This document shows positions 63,911 through 64,000 of a stretch of DNA of 64,000 bases, in pieces. The notes beneath the pieces are model-generated. The model saw only the letters and a program-made list of their open reading frames with translations, was not told the origin of the DNA and searched no databases. Where the stretch lies: positions 23,361 through 87,360 of the IMG/VR virus record IMGVR_UViG_3300005076_000001; one strand, 5' to 3'. This DNA comes from a virus (taxonomy: Duplodnaviria > Heunggongvirae > Uroviricota > Caudoviricetes). Position 1 is the stretch's first letter, and every line of letters starts with the position of its first letter. Both the position numbers and the translations under genes were made by a program.

Positions 63911-64000
63911 CTGGTAGCCTTCGGCTTTGCCTTAGCCTGGGCTTCGCCCTGGTAGCCTTCGGCTTTGCCTTAGCCTGGGCTTCGCCCTGGTAGCCTTCGG
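63911..64000. repeat. tandem 38-bp direct repeat (>=2.4 copies, truncated by window end), GC-rich with small hairpins
   Basis: unit CTGGTAGCCTTCGGCTTTGCCTTAGCCTGGGCTTCGCC at 63911-63948, 63949-63986, partial 63987-64000; internal AGCC-TTC-GGCT and AGCC-TG-GGCT mini-hairpins. Confidence 0.6.

Noticed and set aside
63911-64000. Possible CRISPR array
   Set aside because: Repeats are directly tandem with no unique spacers; 38-bp unit is GC-rich satellite-like, not repeat-spacer.

Overview
This window is almost entirely a virulent dsDNA phage genome segment, about 43% GC, with codon usage and promoters that suggest an enterobacterial or similar Gram-negative host. Positions 4-23246 (+) hold a late structural and lysis operon, and 23295-52820 (-) hold an early replication and nucleotide-metabolism block. 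The late operon has a lambda-like head module (terminase C-terminus, portal, S49 protease-scaffold, gpD-like decoration, gpE-like capsid). It also has a contractile tail with a Mu/P2-like baseplate (sheath, tube, chaperones with a -1 frameshift, tape measure, hub, V, W, J, fibres, a GC-rich tailspike) and a lysis cassette (M15 endolysin, holin, spanins). The early block contains nrdAB, a MazG-like protein, a DnaQ-like exonuclease, a FEN, a DprA-like protein, an SSB-like protein, a T7 gp5-like DNA polymerase, an RNA ligase and a gp4-like primase-helicase. After a divergent promoter region, 53234-62350 (+) holds accessory and nucleotide-metabolism genes (T5orf172-wHTH, nucleotidyltransferase, HD alarmone hydrolase, ThyX, T4-like DNA ligase). 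The window ends in a roughly 900 bp repeat-rich noncoding region with an iteron array, a GC-rich moron cassette and a tandem repeat at the edge. The most unusual content is the load of selfish elements. The DNA polymerase gene carries both a 252 aa LAGLIDADG intein and a 226 nt ORF-less group I intron that splits the HDE motif. The DNA ligase is in two pieces around an HNH-AP2 homing endonuclease. A GIY-YIG homing endonuclease sits between the decoration and capsid genes, and there are three further HNH endonucleases. Also notable are an NfeD-like/SPFH lipoprotein pair, a nucleotidyltransferase plus alarmone-hydrolase cluster, and a second signal-peptide (SleB-like) cell-wall hydrolase.
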